Source: a virus
Taxonomy: Duplodnaviria; Caudoviricetes
IMG/VR virus record: IMGVR_UViG_3300029288_000072
Coordinates: 96,001 to 160,000 of that record
Strand: one strand, 5' to 3'
DNA: 64,000 nucleotides
Under the pieces are notes generated by a model. It saw nothing but the letters and a program-made list of their open reading frames with translations, did not search any database and had not been told where the DNA came from. Position numbers and translations under genes: made by a program. This document shows positions 1-11,128 of the stretch, piece by piece; within the stretch, counting starts at the first letter, position 1, and each line of letters opens with the position of its first letter.

Positions 1-263
1 CATGAATGTTTTTTCTCAAAACAATCGAATTTTCCGCCATTAAAAAATATTTTGTTTCCAGAACTATCATAATCTAAAATATTACCATATATTAAACTTA
101 ATAATTGGCTATTATTTGAAGACGAATTGTTTAATAAATTTAATAAAAATTGTTGATTATGTAACAATTCTAAATGAGGAAGATTCGCGTTTTCGTCTGT
201 AACGTTAACGCTAGGATTTAATAATGATATGTCTTGAATGAACGAATCGCCAAAATTTGTCAT
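1..263 (-). CDS. 5' part of a probable structural/tail protein that runs off the left edge of the window
   Basis: Not in the ORF track. ATG at 263 follows an AAGGGA SD-like motif, and the frame stays open to position 1 (MTNFGDSFIQDISLLNPSVNVTDENANLPHLELLHNQQFLL...). It lies directly downstream of the 1332-aa gene. Confidence 0.7.
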   Translation of the reverse strand, partial: MTNFGDSFIQDISLLNPSVNVTDENANLPHLELLHNQQFLLNLLNNSSSNNSQLLSLIYGNILDYDSSGNKIFFNGGKFDCFEKKHS

Positions 264-278
264 TTTTTATTATCCCTT

Positions 279-3200
279 TTAGATTATTTCATTCCACCAT
301 TCGATGCCATTCTTGATAACTGCCCAATGTACGATGCAATTTACTGGTGCGCTTGTTTTTATGTTAAAACTATTCATTTCTTTTTCTGTCCAGTACATAT
401 TTATATTTTCGTTGGAGGATAATAGGATTGAATATCCTGGATCTGTTGGATCTATGGACATTTCCCCTGGATCTAAACCAACTTCTGGTTCTATTATAAG
501 TTCGCTATCTACCCAATAATTTAAATTTGGTTCTAATACAACAGGATCACCAGATGTTCCGGTTGTTCCTGTCGTTCCGGATGTTAATGCTGATCCATTT
601 GTTATTTCTCGTTTGCCAACATATAAACTATCTGGTGTAAATATACCACCAAACATATCTTTATGGAATGCCATCCAACATACTTCTCTTGTCAAATAAT
701 GACTTGATGATATGGTAAAACGGTCTTCACATAATTGATTCCAATATAATTTATCATTTGTTGGTGAACAAATAAACATATAATAATCAGTATCTTTAAA
801 TGGTGATATAAATTTAATTGTTTCACTCTTAACTTTTCCAGATATCTTAAAAATACCAGATTTAAATACGCTAGAATTGATTGGCTTTGCAATTACCCAA
901 TCAATTAGTTTGTTATATCCATTATATGAAGTTTTTAGATCAAATGTATTATTTGATAAACGTTCATAAAATGTATTTACGTTTTCATTTGCTGATACTG
1001 CTATCAGACCAGAAAGATTTTTATTGGTTGCCACACCAGCACCCCCTTCTCCTGCTTCCAAAATTTCTATACCAGATATTTTTACATCATTTACTTCTGT
1101 ATATGCGGGTTTAAATACTGAAGCTACATTTTTAATAAATTCAGTAAATTTTAATTTTTTATCATCATCAAATAAAAGACCATCTTCTGTCGGTAAATCC
1201 ATATCTATATTAAAGTAATTAGATTTATAAACTTTAGCTAATCCATAAAAATATTCTTTTTCTATTTTTGTTAATCTTAGTTGATTATCAAATGATTTTT
1301 CATATATTAATGGATCACCAACTTCAAATATTGCACCATTTACGAATGATGTTCTACTATCATCAATAATAAAATCAAAGTGCCATGCACCAATAAATGC
1401 CGTTAAATATAGATTATTTTTTAAATATATATATGAATTTTTTATATCTATATAATTATCTGTTTTATTTATTTTATCATAAAATAGATATAATCTGTTT
1501 GTACTTATACCAAAATCTTTTAATTTTATCCATAAAACTACCATATCTCTATCATAATCATATGTAGAAACTTTAAACTCTAATGGAGTTTTTTGGTTAT
1601 TTTCAGAATAGATTCTTATAGTTTTATCATTTATTGATAATTTATTAAAATCAAATGGGTATTTTACTTCTAAATTATAATTAATAGCAGAATCCGATGC
1701 AGAAACATATGCATTTCCATATAATACCAATGGTATTACTAATTCACCAGATTGTTCTTGCCCTGCTCCTGCTTGTATTATATTATCAATATCAATGATT
1801 CTATAATATTTAAATTCTGATTGTTCAATTTGTCTTTGTGGATTTACGGGCAATTCTTTACTAATATTAATATCCAATTCATTTAATAATATTTTTTGAA
1901 TATTAGGAATATAGTAATTTTTAACAATCCCAGATGAATTAAACACATCAAAATAATTCATATCCATAGAAAATTCTTTTTCTGGATTAATAAATAAATA
2001 ACTTATATTTTTTATATCATTTGAATATGTTGTTACTTCTATTATTGGTTCTGTATTTCCTTTAAAATAAACTTCATATCTAATCATAAACTTATTAACA
2101 TTAAACGAATTTGAATATATATTTCGTATTCCTATATTTACAGATATTGTTTGATAATGATCTAATTCAAAAATATATTGTAAATCTTTTCTAATCAAAG
2201 ACGAATATTCTTTTCCAATTTCAGAATCAGATGATTGACCATCTAACAAATTGTGTATAGTTATAACTTCTTCTAAATTAGTATCTAATGTTTTTGTTCT
2301 CCAAATATTTCTATAAAAATTATATTCAAGTGTAAATGGTACTAATATATTTTCCGATTCTGGAATTGATGATATTATTGGAATCCATATATCTTTATAA
2401 GTTCTATCTATCCAATATTTAGGAATTGACAATGATCCTGCATCAGATAAATCAATTATATTTTTTTGAAACCATGCCAATTCTACTATATCACCATCAA
2501 TAATATTTTCCATTGTATTTGTTGTTAAATATACATCATTTAAACTATTATAAATTGATGTATCATTTCTTATTTTTATAGATGTATCTACAGTAATAGA
2601 CTGCGTTTGTTCTATATCAACAGGCAATTCGTAAGTAACAAATCTATTACCTATTTTAAACTCTTTTCCATGTATTGAATTAATATCTACATATCTACTT
2701 CCATCTAATAAGTATTTTATTTCTCTTGTAGATGATATATCTCTTGATATTTCAGTTGATTCTGAAATTATTAAAGAATTATATTTATTTTTTGCATTAT
2801 TAAATGATGTTATTTGTGATATAGTTGGTATAGAATTTGGTAATAATCTTTGAGAAAATACTTCAGCGTCTTCCCCTGGATAATTATTAAATGAACTATA
2901 TTGTTCAGAGTTATCTAAATCTTTTTCAAAAATATATAATAATTGATTTCTATTTAAATTAACAGATTCTAATTCCAATAATGCTTTATTTTTTGTGTTT
3001 TGTGTAAATAGAATAAATAGATCATCAATTTGTTGCATATTTATAAATGTAGTATATTTTCTTATAATTTTATGATCTAAAACATTATATGTTTCTATTC
3101 TTCTATTATCCCATCCAGTTGATAAGTTTACAAATATTGATGATGTCCAAATATGTGTAAATAATTCATCTACTGATATTCTATCATATCTATCATAATA

Positions 3201-4277
3201 TCCAAAGTAAAATAATGTACATAAATCATTTACTGATACTTCTTCATTCCAAAAAATATAAAATTTATTTTGATCATAATATGATTTTTTTATATCTATA
3301 ATATCTTTTGATACATGTTTTTCTTTTTCAACTAATCCAGAATCAAATACTAGACGTACTTGAACATATTTATTATTGTCTGAAATAGATGATGGTTCTA
3401 TAACCAATAAATAATATAAAGTTGTTAGAGATCCTGTTAATAATTGCGAATAAAATAATAATATCTTATCATCTACAGAAAATATTTGTTTAATATTAAA
3501 CTCAGATACATCTACTTCTTTTGGTATTAATTCTTTCAATATAAATGTTGATCCATCACCAGAAGTTATTGTATAATCAAACCAATTTGATAACGAAACT
3601 CGACCTTTTAATTTTTTATAATCAATTTTTAATGCTGTTGTATCCAGAGTATCATATTCTATAACATTAATTGTAAATGATTCAAATGCTTCATTTTCTG
3701 GCATTTCTGTTTTATCAACAACCAATTCTCTTTTTATCCATAATTTCAAAACGCTATTTGCAGGAATTTCTGATGGTAAATCCGGAAGAGTTAATGTTTT
3801 TGCAAATGTTAATGCTGATAATTTTTCTGTGGAATCATACTCATCATCTAAAAATGATGATGGATTTTGTGGTCGTCTAAAATCAGCAGGAATTGGTCTT
3901 GAAACCTCTGCTAAAGTATAAATTGCTTCTGCTGCAATAGATACATCTGTTAATGTCACCCCAATAAAAACATCCTGTACAACATCACCAACATTTATTT
4001 CATTTAATTGAAAACTTTCCTCTCCGCTATTTAAAATGTATATACATCTATAATTAATATTATTTTTTATAAAATCTGATGGAACAATAGGGTCAAATAA
4101 TTCTTGACTATCGTTTTCTAATTGATGTTCTACTACATATATATTTTCAAGTGTTTCGCTTGTAAATATTTGACCGCCTAAAGATCTACCAAAAACAATT
4201 TTATCAACACTCATTCCTACAGGAAAATTGTCTTTATTACCTCTTGTTAAATGAAATTTAATGTTTTCGTTTGACAT
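279..4277 (-). CDS. Large baseplate/tail-associated structural protein (1332 aa) with a DUF2341-like domain and C-terminal beta-sandwich repeats
   Basis: In the baseplate operon. YPFDFNKLS..KTIRIYSE..LEFKV..VVLWIKL..RLYLFY resembles DUF2341. Three C-terminal ~50-aa beta modules each end in WxA/WxV. Confidence 0.65.
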   Translation of the reverse strand: MSNENIKFHLTRGNKDNFPVGMSVDKIVFGRSLGGQIFTSETLENIYVVEHQLENDSQELFDPIVPSDFIKNNINYRCIYILNSGEESFQLNEINVGDVVQDVFIGVTLTDVSIAAEAIYTLAEVSRPIPADFRRPQNPSSFLDDEYDSTEKLSALTFAKTLTLPDLPSEIPANSVLKLWIKRELVVDKTEMPENEAFESFTINVIEYDTLDTTALKIDYKKLKGRVSLSNWFDYTITSGDGSTFILKELIPKEVDVSEFNIKQIFSVDDKILLFYSQLLTGSLTTLYYLLVIEPSSISDNNKYVQVRLVFDSGLVEKEKHVSKDIIDIKKSYYDQNKFYIFWNEEVSVNDLCTLFYFGYYDRYDRISVDELFTHIWTSSIFVNLSTGWDNRRIETYNVLDHKIIRKYTTFINMQQIDDLFILFTQNTKNKALLELESVNLNRNQLLYIFEKDLDNSEQYSSFNNYPGEDAEVFSQRLLPNSIPTISQITSFNNAKNKYNSLIISESTEISRDISSTREIKYLLDGSRYVDINSIHGKEFKIGNRFVTYELPVDIEQTQSITVDTSIKIRNDTSIYNSLNDVYLTTNTMENIIDGDIVELAWFQKNIIDLSDAGSLSIPKYWIDRTYKDIWIPIISSIPESENILVPFTLEYNFYRNIWRTKTLDTNLEEVITIHNLLDGQSSDSEIGKEYSSLIRKDLQYIFELDHYQTISVNIGIRNIYSNSFNVNKFMIRYEVYFKGNTEPIIEVTTYSNDIKNISYLFINPEKEFSMDMNYFDVFNSSGIVKNYYIPNIQKILLNELDINISKELPVNPQRQIEQSEFKYYRIIDIDNIIQAGAGQEQSGELVIPLVLYGNAYVSASDSAINYNLEVKYPFDFNKLSINDKTIRIYSENNQKTPLEFKVSTYDYDRDMVVLWIKLKDFGISTNRLYLFYDKINKTDNYIDIKNSYIYLKNNLYLTAFIGAWHFDFIIDDSRTSFVNGAIFEVGDPLIYEKSFDNQLRLTKIEKEYFYGLAKVYKSNYFNIDMDLPTEDGLLFDDDKKLKFTEFIKNVASVFKPAYTEVNDVKISGIEILEAGEGGAGVATNKNLSGLIAVSANENVNTFYERLSNNTFDLKTSYNGYNKLIDWVIAKPINSSVFKSGIFKISGKVKSETIKFISPFKDTDYYMFICSPTNDKLYWNQLCEDRFTISSSHYLTREVCWMAFHKDMFGGIFTPDSLYVGKREITNGSALTSGTTGTTGTSGDPVVLEPNLNYWVDSELIIEPEVGLDPGEMSIDPTDPGYSILLSSNENINMYWTEKEMNSFNIKTSAPVNCIVHWAVIKNGIEWWNEII

Positions 4278-7200
4278 CAGATTATATCCTCAAAAATTAT
4301 ATTCAATCTATTATCATTTATATAAACATTGCTAATTATTTTATTAGAAATATCTAAATATTCTGTCAGGCTATCTGTATAAAAAGTTTTATCTTTAATT
4401 AATATTGGATATTCTTTTGTAAATCCTTCATGATATGCCCTTACAAATAATGAATATCTTGCCCACGTACCATTTAATGGCCAATTTATAACTCTATCAC
4501 CAGATATTGTTACTATAACTTCATCATTCACTGTTATCACACTATTAGATCCAGTAATTTCTCCTGATGTACCAGATACATACCCTACCTCTCTTGTAAC
4601 AATATTACCAGTTTCAAATGTTCTATTTATTGTTATTTTAGAAGCATTTGGTATAGTTTGTAATAATTGTTTATATTGTACTACACCATAATTATTTGTA
4701 CCCGCTTCTATAGACCAAGTAAATGTATTGTCTCCTACTGTAAATCTGTTTATACCTATTCCGCTATCACTTAATAATTTTTTCTCTACAATTATAATTT
4801 TGTCATTGACAACTTTAAAAGAATCTACTTTATTTGGATATTTTTCTGGATATGATGTATCAAATTGATAAAATAAATCATCATCAATCAATATTAATAA
4901 CATTCCATTTAGAGTAGAATCGACATTTCTTATTTCCACGTCTGTTTCTAATGTGAATCCACTTTGAATTTTATACAATAAATCATTAAATGCTACTACA
5001 TCAAATGCGGATCCATATGTATATTTTTTAGATACATTTGATGAATATTTAACATTTGATATATAAGTTTTATCGTTAAATACTCTAAAACCACAATATT
5101 GTCCATTTATTGGAAGTGTTGATGCAAATTCTTCTGAGAATTTATCAAATGTAAAGTCTTGGCTTACTTTACTGCTAAGTTTATCTGGATATGTTATTGT
5201 CAATTCTTCTAAACCTATTAATATTGATTGTAATGTTTCATACTCACCTTTTAGATATCTTTCAGTCAATTTCTCATATTTTTTGTTGATGTTATAATTA
5301 ATAATTAATTTTTCTCCATCTCCTTTTTCATTAAAATATATTTTAATATTTTCTGTAGAAACATCTGCTTTAATAGAATACCATTTATCACTTACAACAT
5401 TTCTCATATTATAATCACCAAATGATACTAAGAATGTATCATTTACGATATTTCCATTGATATCGTAAGATCTCATTCCAAGACCAACATCAAACCCATT
5501 AGTTCCTGTTCCTACATAATAAAAATCTGTTATTCCCCATTCGTTTGCGACGGGAATAAACTTAGAATTTGCATTTAAAATTAGTTCAAAATTTCTACTA
5601 TATGGATATGTAGTAATTGTTTTATCAAATATGAAGTCGCATGAAATAGAATAATTATTAGACTCGGTTGTTATTAATTCCATTATATTTCTAAATCCGA
5701 CATTATTAGTAAATCCTACTGTTTTACTATCTATTGATGTATCATTTGATCCAGCAAATTCTTTAATAGTTGTATTATCGAATTTATCTAATGCTTGATA
5801 GACATTACTATTTTTATATTGAGTTATATTGTAAGGAAAAGAGGATCCTGTATATTTTAATTCTGTATCAACACTACGAGTTCCTACAACATAATATTTA
5901 CTATTATCTACACACGTCATCCAATTTATTTCTCTATTATTGTAAAAATCATCATATAATGATGTTGTAGTAGACTCTGATAATGATGGATCAATATATA
6001 ATGACATACTAATATCAGATCCAATAAATTTATTGAAACTATATTTGTCAGTATATAATAATATATTACCATTATCAACATTATATTGGTCTTTATCAAT
6101 AGTATAATAATTTACATTTACAGAATTTATTTGTTTTATCCAATTTATATAATTTTCTAATATAACTGGTATAGAGAAAAATCCTTGATATCCGTCAGAT
6201 GATCCTAATGTAATAGTCTGTTCAATTGCGTCTGGTGTATTATCACCATCTATCTCATAGCAATTTCTGTTACTATATATTATGTTAATTTGGGATCCAA
6301 TTGGAGGAATAGACGTATCATAAAATGCCCAATATTTATTCATTTCAAACACTGGATCTGTTATTTTATAATAAACATTTTTTACTTTAAAACAATTAAT
6401 AAATTGTTGGTTCCAATCTGTTACATCCCATCCAACCATTTCACTTCCAGATATACCATCAGAGTGTGTATGGAACCAGTTAAAAGAACCGACAGGACTA
6501 AAAGTTCTCTTTCCTATGGTTTCAATATTATAATAATTACCAAACATCAGATATTCTTTATTTTGTTCTGTTACCAATTCTAATGAAATTGGTGCAGACA
6601 TAGTATCACCAATTTCTATTATATTGAATGTTCCTGTTATTCCGTTAACATCAAAATATGTTGAATCCCATGATGAAGACGAAACACACCATTCGCCATC
6701 AACAATATATGTACCCAAATCCGCATTAAAATCGTCATCTAATGATAATTTTATTCCAGCAGAATCTATAGTTTGACCATAAAAAGATTCTCCTATATCA
6801 GAATATCCGGTAAATAAAATATTATTACTATTATTTGGATATAACGGGGTTGTCTTTCTACGTAGCCAAATGTTTGTTGGCATCCACCAATTAAACTGAT
6901 TTTCAAACTCATCATCAATTACATTATTTTCCATTACAGGATATAACACTTCAAAATATTTTACTATATTTTGTAATTCATCTGGTAGAAAATATGCATT
7001 TGATACAAAATTTGTACATTCTGTATTGGAAGAATCTCTATATAGATAATTTCCGCTATTACATTCTTCTGGAATATTTTGTTTTATAACAGCATTATTA
7101 TATTTTGTTATTTTTGCTATTAGTGGAATGTCATAATCAATATGATATGTACACTTTACTTTTGATTTATATTGTATTTCAAATGTATTTAAAGAGTCTA

Positions 7201-10200
7201 TTATAAAACATATGTTATTTGTTGTATCTGCAGATGTAAAATGAGATGAATCTAAATGAGCATATACTCCTATTAAATTAATTCCAATATTTGATGATAA
7301 AATTGCAGCAGGAGGCATAAATGTCATATTAGACGAATCTAATTTACCTATAGGTATAAAATATTCTATAGTATTAACATAACTTCCATCTATTTCTATT
7401 GATGTTTCTGGTAATGTTAATTCATATAATCCATAAATTATAGCATGTTCGCAGTATCTACATTGTAATTTTGTAAATGCTTGTGTATTATTTATCTGAA
7501 CTCCAATCTTTTCAGAATTTCTATTTATTATTGTAAAAACTGGGTTTTCTACAATTCCAAGCGTAGGAACTGTTATTGTTTCATTTGCAGAATACGGTAA
7601 TACTTCTTCAAATACACCATTAAATGTTCCTGTATTTGTAGCTTTTATTAATGTATTTAATGTAGTTTCAAGAAGTAATTTTGTATTTTCATCTTCATCT
7701 CTTGTTATACTACTAATATATTCAATAACCAAATCATCATTTTCTCTTAATGCAGCAATTGTATGGGGTCTTATTTTTGCAGATTCCGATATATATTGAT
7801 TGACTGTTATAAATGGATTTTGAGAATATTGTCCAATTGATTCTGACCATTCTACAAATGGCTCATAGAATTTGCCAATCGGAATGACTATAGAATCTAA
7901 AACATCATTAATTGAAGAGAATCTTTCATTTATAAAATCCTCATTAAATAATAAGTTTAAACGAGAACCATCCGAACTTACTACAACATTATCTGTAAAT
8001 ATTTCATTAACATTATTATTTGTTATTGAGTTTAAATATGATGGCAATTCAATTATTGTTTCACCAGCATAATCATCTTTTACTCTTGTTTGAAATTCGG
8101 TATTTGTTGGTTTTGATGAATCATTTATACCATAAGAATTATAATATAATACATCAGATGATCTATTTTCTTGATATTGTGGTTTTATATTTTTCCATTT
8201 ATCAATTGTCGTCAATCTATTATAATCATCATTATCTTTTGATTGTGTTATAAATCTATTGATTTTGAATATAGAATCTACAGAAAAGAATCCATAATAA
8301 CCCTTTTCTGTTATTGGTTCATATTTTTGTGGTATATCAAGTATATTTTTATCAAAATCTAAAGTTTCTGTTTGGACATCATCTTGTAATAAATCAATAT
8401 TTTCTAACAATAGTTGCCATGATTCGGATGCAAAATCATATGTTTTTAAATCAATAGAAATTGATTTTCTAATTTTATCAACTGCTTCTGTAAAAATAGA
8501 ATTTGGTCTATAATATACTGAAACTTTATTATCAGTTACAACCAATTTAAAATCATAATATGTATCATCTTCCATTTCAAGTTGGTGGTCGAGTTCATCA
8601 ACTATATTTTTATAAAATATTCTTTTATCTAAATCAGAACTCTCCGTATTCAAATTTAAATATCTAAAATATGTTGTTTCTATCTCGTCATTATATTCTG
8701 CATTTATTAACGAATATTCTCCGGTATATCCATTCATTATAAATGCATAATATGAGTCTACTGTTGCATATAAATCTTTACCGGAATTGTATCCTCTAAA
8801 TAATATACCAAACGTCTTTTTTGGAATATTAACATTTATTATCGAATCTGTGTTTGATATACTTACTGGAGAAATTCTTATTTCAATATCTAAATCTTTA
8901 TACTTATAATCTGTTGAAATAAATCCGGAAAGATTATTATTTGTATTATGAGAGTTAAAATATACTACTTTAATAGCGTCTCCACCTTCCAATATAGATG
9001 ATGGCATTATTAAATGCCCTTTTCCTATGCTATCTTCAATATCTTTTGAAAATTCATCAAGAGTAATTAATGCAGTAGATGGAATAATAGTTTTTGGCTG
9101 AACCGCCTCAAAAAATGTTCCTGCTTCTCGTATTACTTCATTCCATATTTTCCAGTATAATTTTAATTTTTTTGTAGCAAGAACATTATATGTTGTTTTC
9201 AATTCATATGCATAATATCCTGGCGATAATAAATAAAAGCCAGAATCTTGTGAATAATCATTAAACTCGGAATCCTGATATTCATTCTGTCTTAACTCTA
9301 TTAATCCATATTCCCCAGCTTTACCATATATTGATCTACTTACATCACCATCCGTAACTGTATATGAAAGATCGCCAGATGCTCGTATAAAAGTAAAATC
9401 ATTTAATGAATCGTATTCATTTAATTGATCTTCCGTATATGATACAGTATGTTTTAAACTAAATAGTGCAATGTGATTATTATCAGAATCATCACCATCA
9501 TTTCCAATATCCACAAAGAAATTATAATATCCTTGTGTCGTAACTTTTATAAATCCTCTACATACAACAAATAAATCTCTACTTGAATCTACTTTAGTTA
9601 AAGATGTAGAAAATAATTTATTATTTGTATCTGAGGTTGAAGAATTTATTAATGGTAATATAAACTGATCAGACGGTTTAAAGAAATTAATATCTGTATA
9701 TCCTGGTATATCTGGAGCATGTAATATTCCACTTTTCCAATTTGCCCATAAATAATCATCTGTATTGTTTATAGGATTTTCATCAATTTCGTCATCGCCA
9801 GATGGTAATCTTCCATAAATATTAATCAAACTACTTACATAATTATCCCTTACTCTCCACATTTTTACATTTGTTCCAGATGTTATTTTTCCTATTCCTG
9901 GCCATTCTTCATTAGCCACAATCATTGCACCAGAATCCGTACATGCTTCTCCATCATGTACTGGACAAACTGGCGTACTAAATGATCCACAGGTGGATAT
10001 ATTAGAAATTGATCTTCCATCTTCTCTAATTATTTTTATAATATTTGGAGAAGTTTCGTTTATTTCAAATTTTGCTTCGCATGAATCTTCTGAAATATTA
10101 TCCGTTGGGTATACATGTTTTGTTGAATAATGAAAGTTATCTAATATTAAATTAGATAAATTTGAACTTATATTTGCTGCAGAATTATTAAATCCAGAAA

Positions 10201-11128
10201 CAGATATTTCTTTAAACGCAAACGTATTTTGACTATCTTGTAATGGAATATTATTTAAAAAATTATCTGTTATAGCAGGATATGGTGTAGTACCAAAATT
10301 TGTCGTCCACATTTCTTTAATATCAATTACAAATCCATATAATTTAAAAAATGATTCTAATGCATGTTCTGATCCATTTTCTTTAAACAGTTTTGCAGTA
10401 TTTAATATAAAATTTCTAAATATGTTAAGTTCTTCATCGGTTGCAACATTACGAGAAATTCTGTCAAATATATCATAATCCAAAAATTCGTCTGGATATA
10501 AACTATTTTGTTGAGCAGAGTATCCAACCTTTTTTGCATAAAAGTTTTGATGCCCCAATGTATTAGAAAATATTTCTAAAAATTTTGGAGCAACCTTTTT
10601 AATATCAATTAAATTTAATGTCTCTCCAATTTCTTTATACATTCTGTCAAACATTTTTCCGGTTGATGATACTAAATCATTAAATCCTTGACTTGTTTCC
10701 ATTGCTACTAAGTGTGGTGTTGTCATGTGCTGTTTTAACCAAGCAACGCTCACAGATCCAACATCTACTTCTTTTGTGAAACTGTTCTTTATTCTAAAAA
10801 ATATATTTAATGTTTCGTGATATATTTCTGCCGAATATATAGTTAATTTCACTGGATACAAATTTGTATTTTGATATATATTAGATGGATTTTCTTCTAC
10901 TGATATATTTCCATCACCAAATTCCCATTCATATCTATCAATAGCAGTAACATTAACATTTTCTATATCAATATCAAATAAATCTACTTCATTGCCATCA
11001 GAATCTATTGCTTGTGTAAAATTATCATTAATAGGATTTCCTACTGTAGATCTATTATCAAATCTAACATTTGCAGGAGCATAAATTGCTAATGGATATG
11101 TAGAAAAGTCTGCTTGAAATCGTGACAT
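4277..11128 (-). CDS. Giant baseplate wedge/tail protein (2283 aa): PKD + P2 gpI/T4 gp7-like + PA14-like + ConA/LamG-like domains
   Basis: PKD motif YEWEFGDGNISVEENPSNIY..YPVKLTI. gpI-like LIDIKKVAPKFLEIFSNTLG..LFKENGSEHALESFFKLYG. PA14-like RGFIKVTTQGYYNFF. Follows the gp6-like gene, as baseplate J/I do. Confidence 0.7.
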   Translation of the reverse strand: MSRFQADFSTYPLAIYAPANVRFDNRSTVGNPINDNFTQAIDSDGNEVDLFDIDIENVNVTAIDRYEWEFGDGNISVEENPSNIYQNTNLYPVKLTIYSAEIYHETLNIFFRIKNSFTKEVDVGSVSVAWLKQHMTTPHLVAMETSQGFNDLVSSTGKMFDRMYKEIGETLNLIDIKKVAPKFLEIFSNTLGHQNFYAKKVGYSAQQNSLYPDEFLDYDIFDRISRNVATDEELNIFRNFILNTAKLFKENGSEHALESFFKLYGFVIDIKEMWTTNFGTTPYPAITDNFLNNIPLQDSQNTFAFKEISVSGFNNSAANISSNLSNLILDNFHYSTKHVYPTDNISEDSCEAKFEINETSPNIIKIIREDGRSISNISTCGSFSTPVCPVHDGEACTDSGAMIVANEEWPGIGKITSGTNVKMWRVRDNYVSSLINIYGRLPSGDDEIDENPINNTDDYLWANWKSGILHAPDIPGYTDINFFKPSDQFILPLINSSTSDTNNKLFSTSLTKVDSSRDLFVVCRGFIKVTTQGYYNFFVDIGNDGDDSDNNHIALFSLKHTVSYTEDQLNEYDSLNDFTFIRASGDLSYTVTDGDVSRSIYGKAGEYGLIELRQNEYQDSEFNDYSQDSGFYLLSPGYYAYELKTTYNVLATKKLKLYWKIWNEVIREAGTFFEAVQPKTIIPSTALITLDEFSKDIEDSIGKGHLIMPSSILEGGDAIKVVYFNSHNTNNNLSGFISTDYKYKDLDIEIRISPVSISNTDSIINVNIPKKTFGILFRGYNSGKDLYATVDSYYAFIMNGYTGEYSLINAEYNDEIETTYFRYLNLNTESSDLDKRIFYKNIVDELDHQLEMEDDTYYDFKLVVTDNKVSVYYRPNSIFTEAVDKIRKSISIDLKTYDFASESWQLLLENIDLLQDDVQTETLDFDKNILDIPQKYEPITEKGYYGFFSVDSIFKINRFITQSKDNDDYNRLTTIDKWKNIKPQYQENRSSDVLYYNSYGINDSSKPTNTEFQTRVKDDYAGETIIELPSYLNSITNNNVNEIFTDNVVVSSDGSRLNLLFNEDFINERFSSINDVLDSIVIPIGKFYEPFVEWSESIGQYSQNPFITVNQYISESAKIRPHTIAALRENDDLVIEYISSITRDEDENTKLLLETTLNTLIKATNTGTFNGVFEEVLPYSANETITVPTLGIVENPVFTIINRNSEKIGVQINNTQAFTKLQCRYCEHAIIYGLYELTLPETSIEIDGSYVNTIEYFIPIGKLDSSNMTFMPPAAILSSNIGINLIGVYAHLDSSHFTSADTTNNICFIIDSLNTFEIQYKSKVKCTYHIDYDIPLIAKITKYNNAVIKQNIPEECNSGNYLYRDSSNTECTNFVSNAYFLPDELQNIVKYFEVLYPVMENNVIDDEFENQFNWWMPTNIWLRRKTTPLYPNNSNNILFTGYSDIGESFYGQTIDSAGIKLSLDDDFNADLGTYIVDGEWCVSSSSWDSTYFDVNGITGTFNIIEIGDTMSAPISLELVTEQNKEYLMFGNYYNIETIGKRTFSPVGSFNWFHTHSDGISGSEMVGWDVTDWNQQFINCFKVKNVYYKITDPVFEMNKYWAFYDTSIPPIGSQINIIYSNRNCYEIDGDNTPDAIEQTITLGSSDGYQGFFSIPVILENYINWIKQINSVNVNYYTIDKDQYNVDNGNILLYTDKYSFNKFIGSDISMSLYIDPSLSESTTTSLYDDFYNNREINWMTCVDNSKYYVVGTRSVDTELKYTGSSFPYNITQYKNSNVYQALDKFDNTTIKEFAGSNDTSIDSKTVGFTNNVGFRNIMELITTESNNYSISCDFIFDKTITTYPYSRNFELILNANSKFIPVANEWGITDFYYVGTGTNGFDVGLGMRSYDINGNIVNDTFLVSFGDYNMRNVVSDKWYSIKADVSTENIKIYFNEKGDGEKLIINYNINKKYEKLTERYLKGEYETLQSILIGLEELTITYPDKLSSKVSQDFTFDKFSEEFASTLPINGQYCGFRVFNDKTYISNVKYSSNVSKKYTYGSAFDVVAFNDLLYKIQSGFTLETDVEIRNVDSTLNGMLLILIDDDLFYQFDTSYPEKYPNKVDSFKVVNDKIIIVEKKLLSDSGIGINRFTVGDNTFTWSIEAGTNNYGVVQYKQLLQTIPNASKITINRTFETGNIVTREVGYVSGTSGEITGSNSVITVNDEVIVTISGDRVINWPLNGTWARYSLFVRAYHEGFTKEYPILIKDKTFYTDSLTEYLDISNKIISNVYINDNRLNIIFEDII

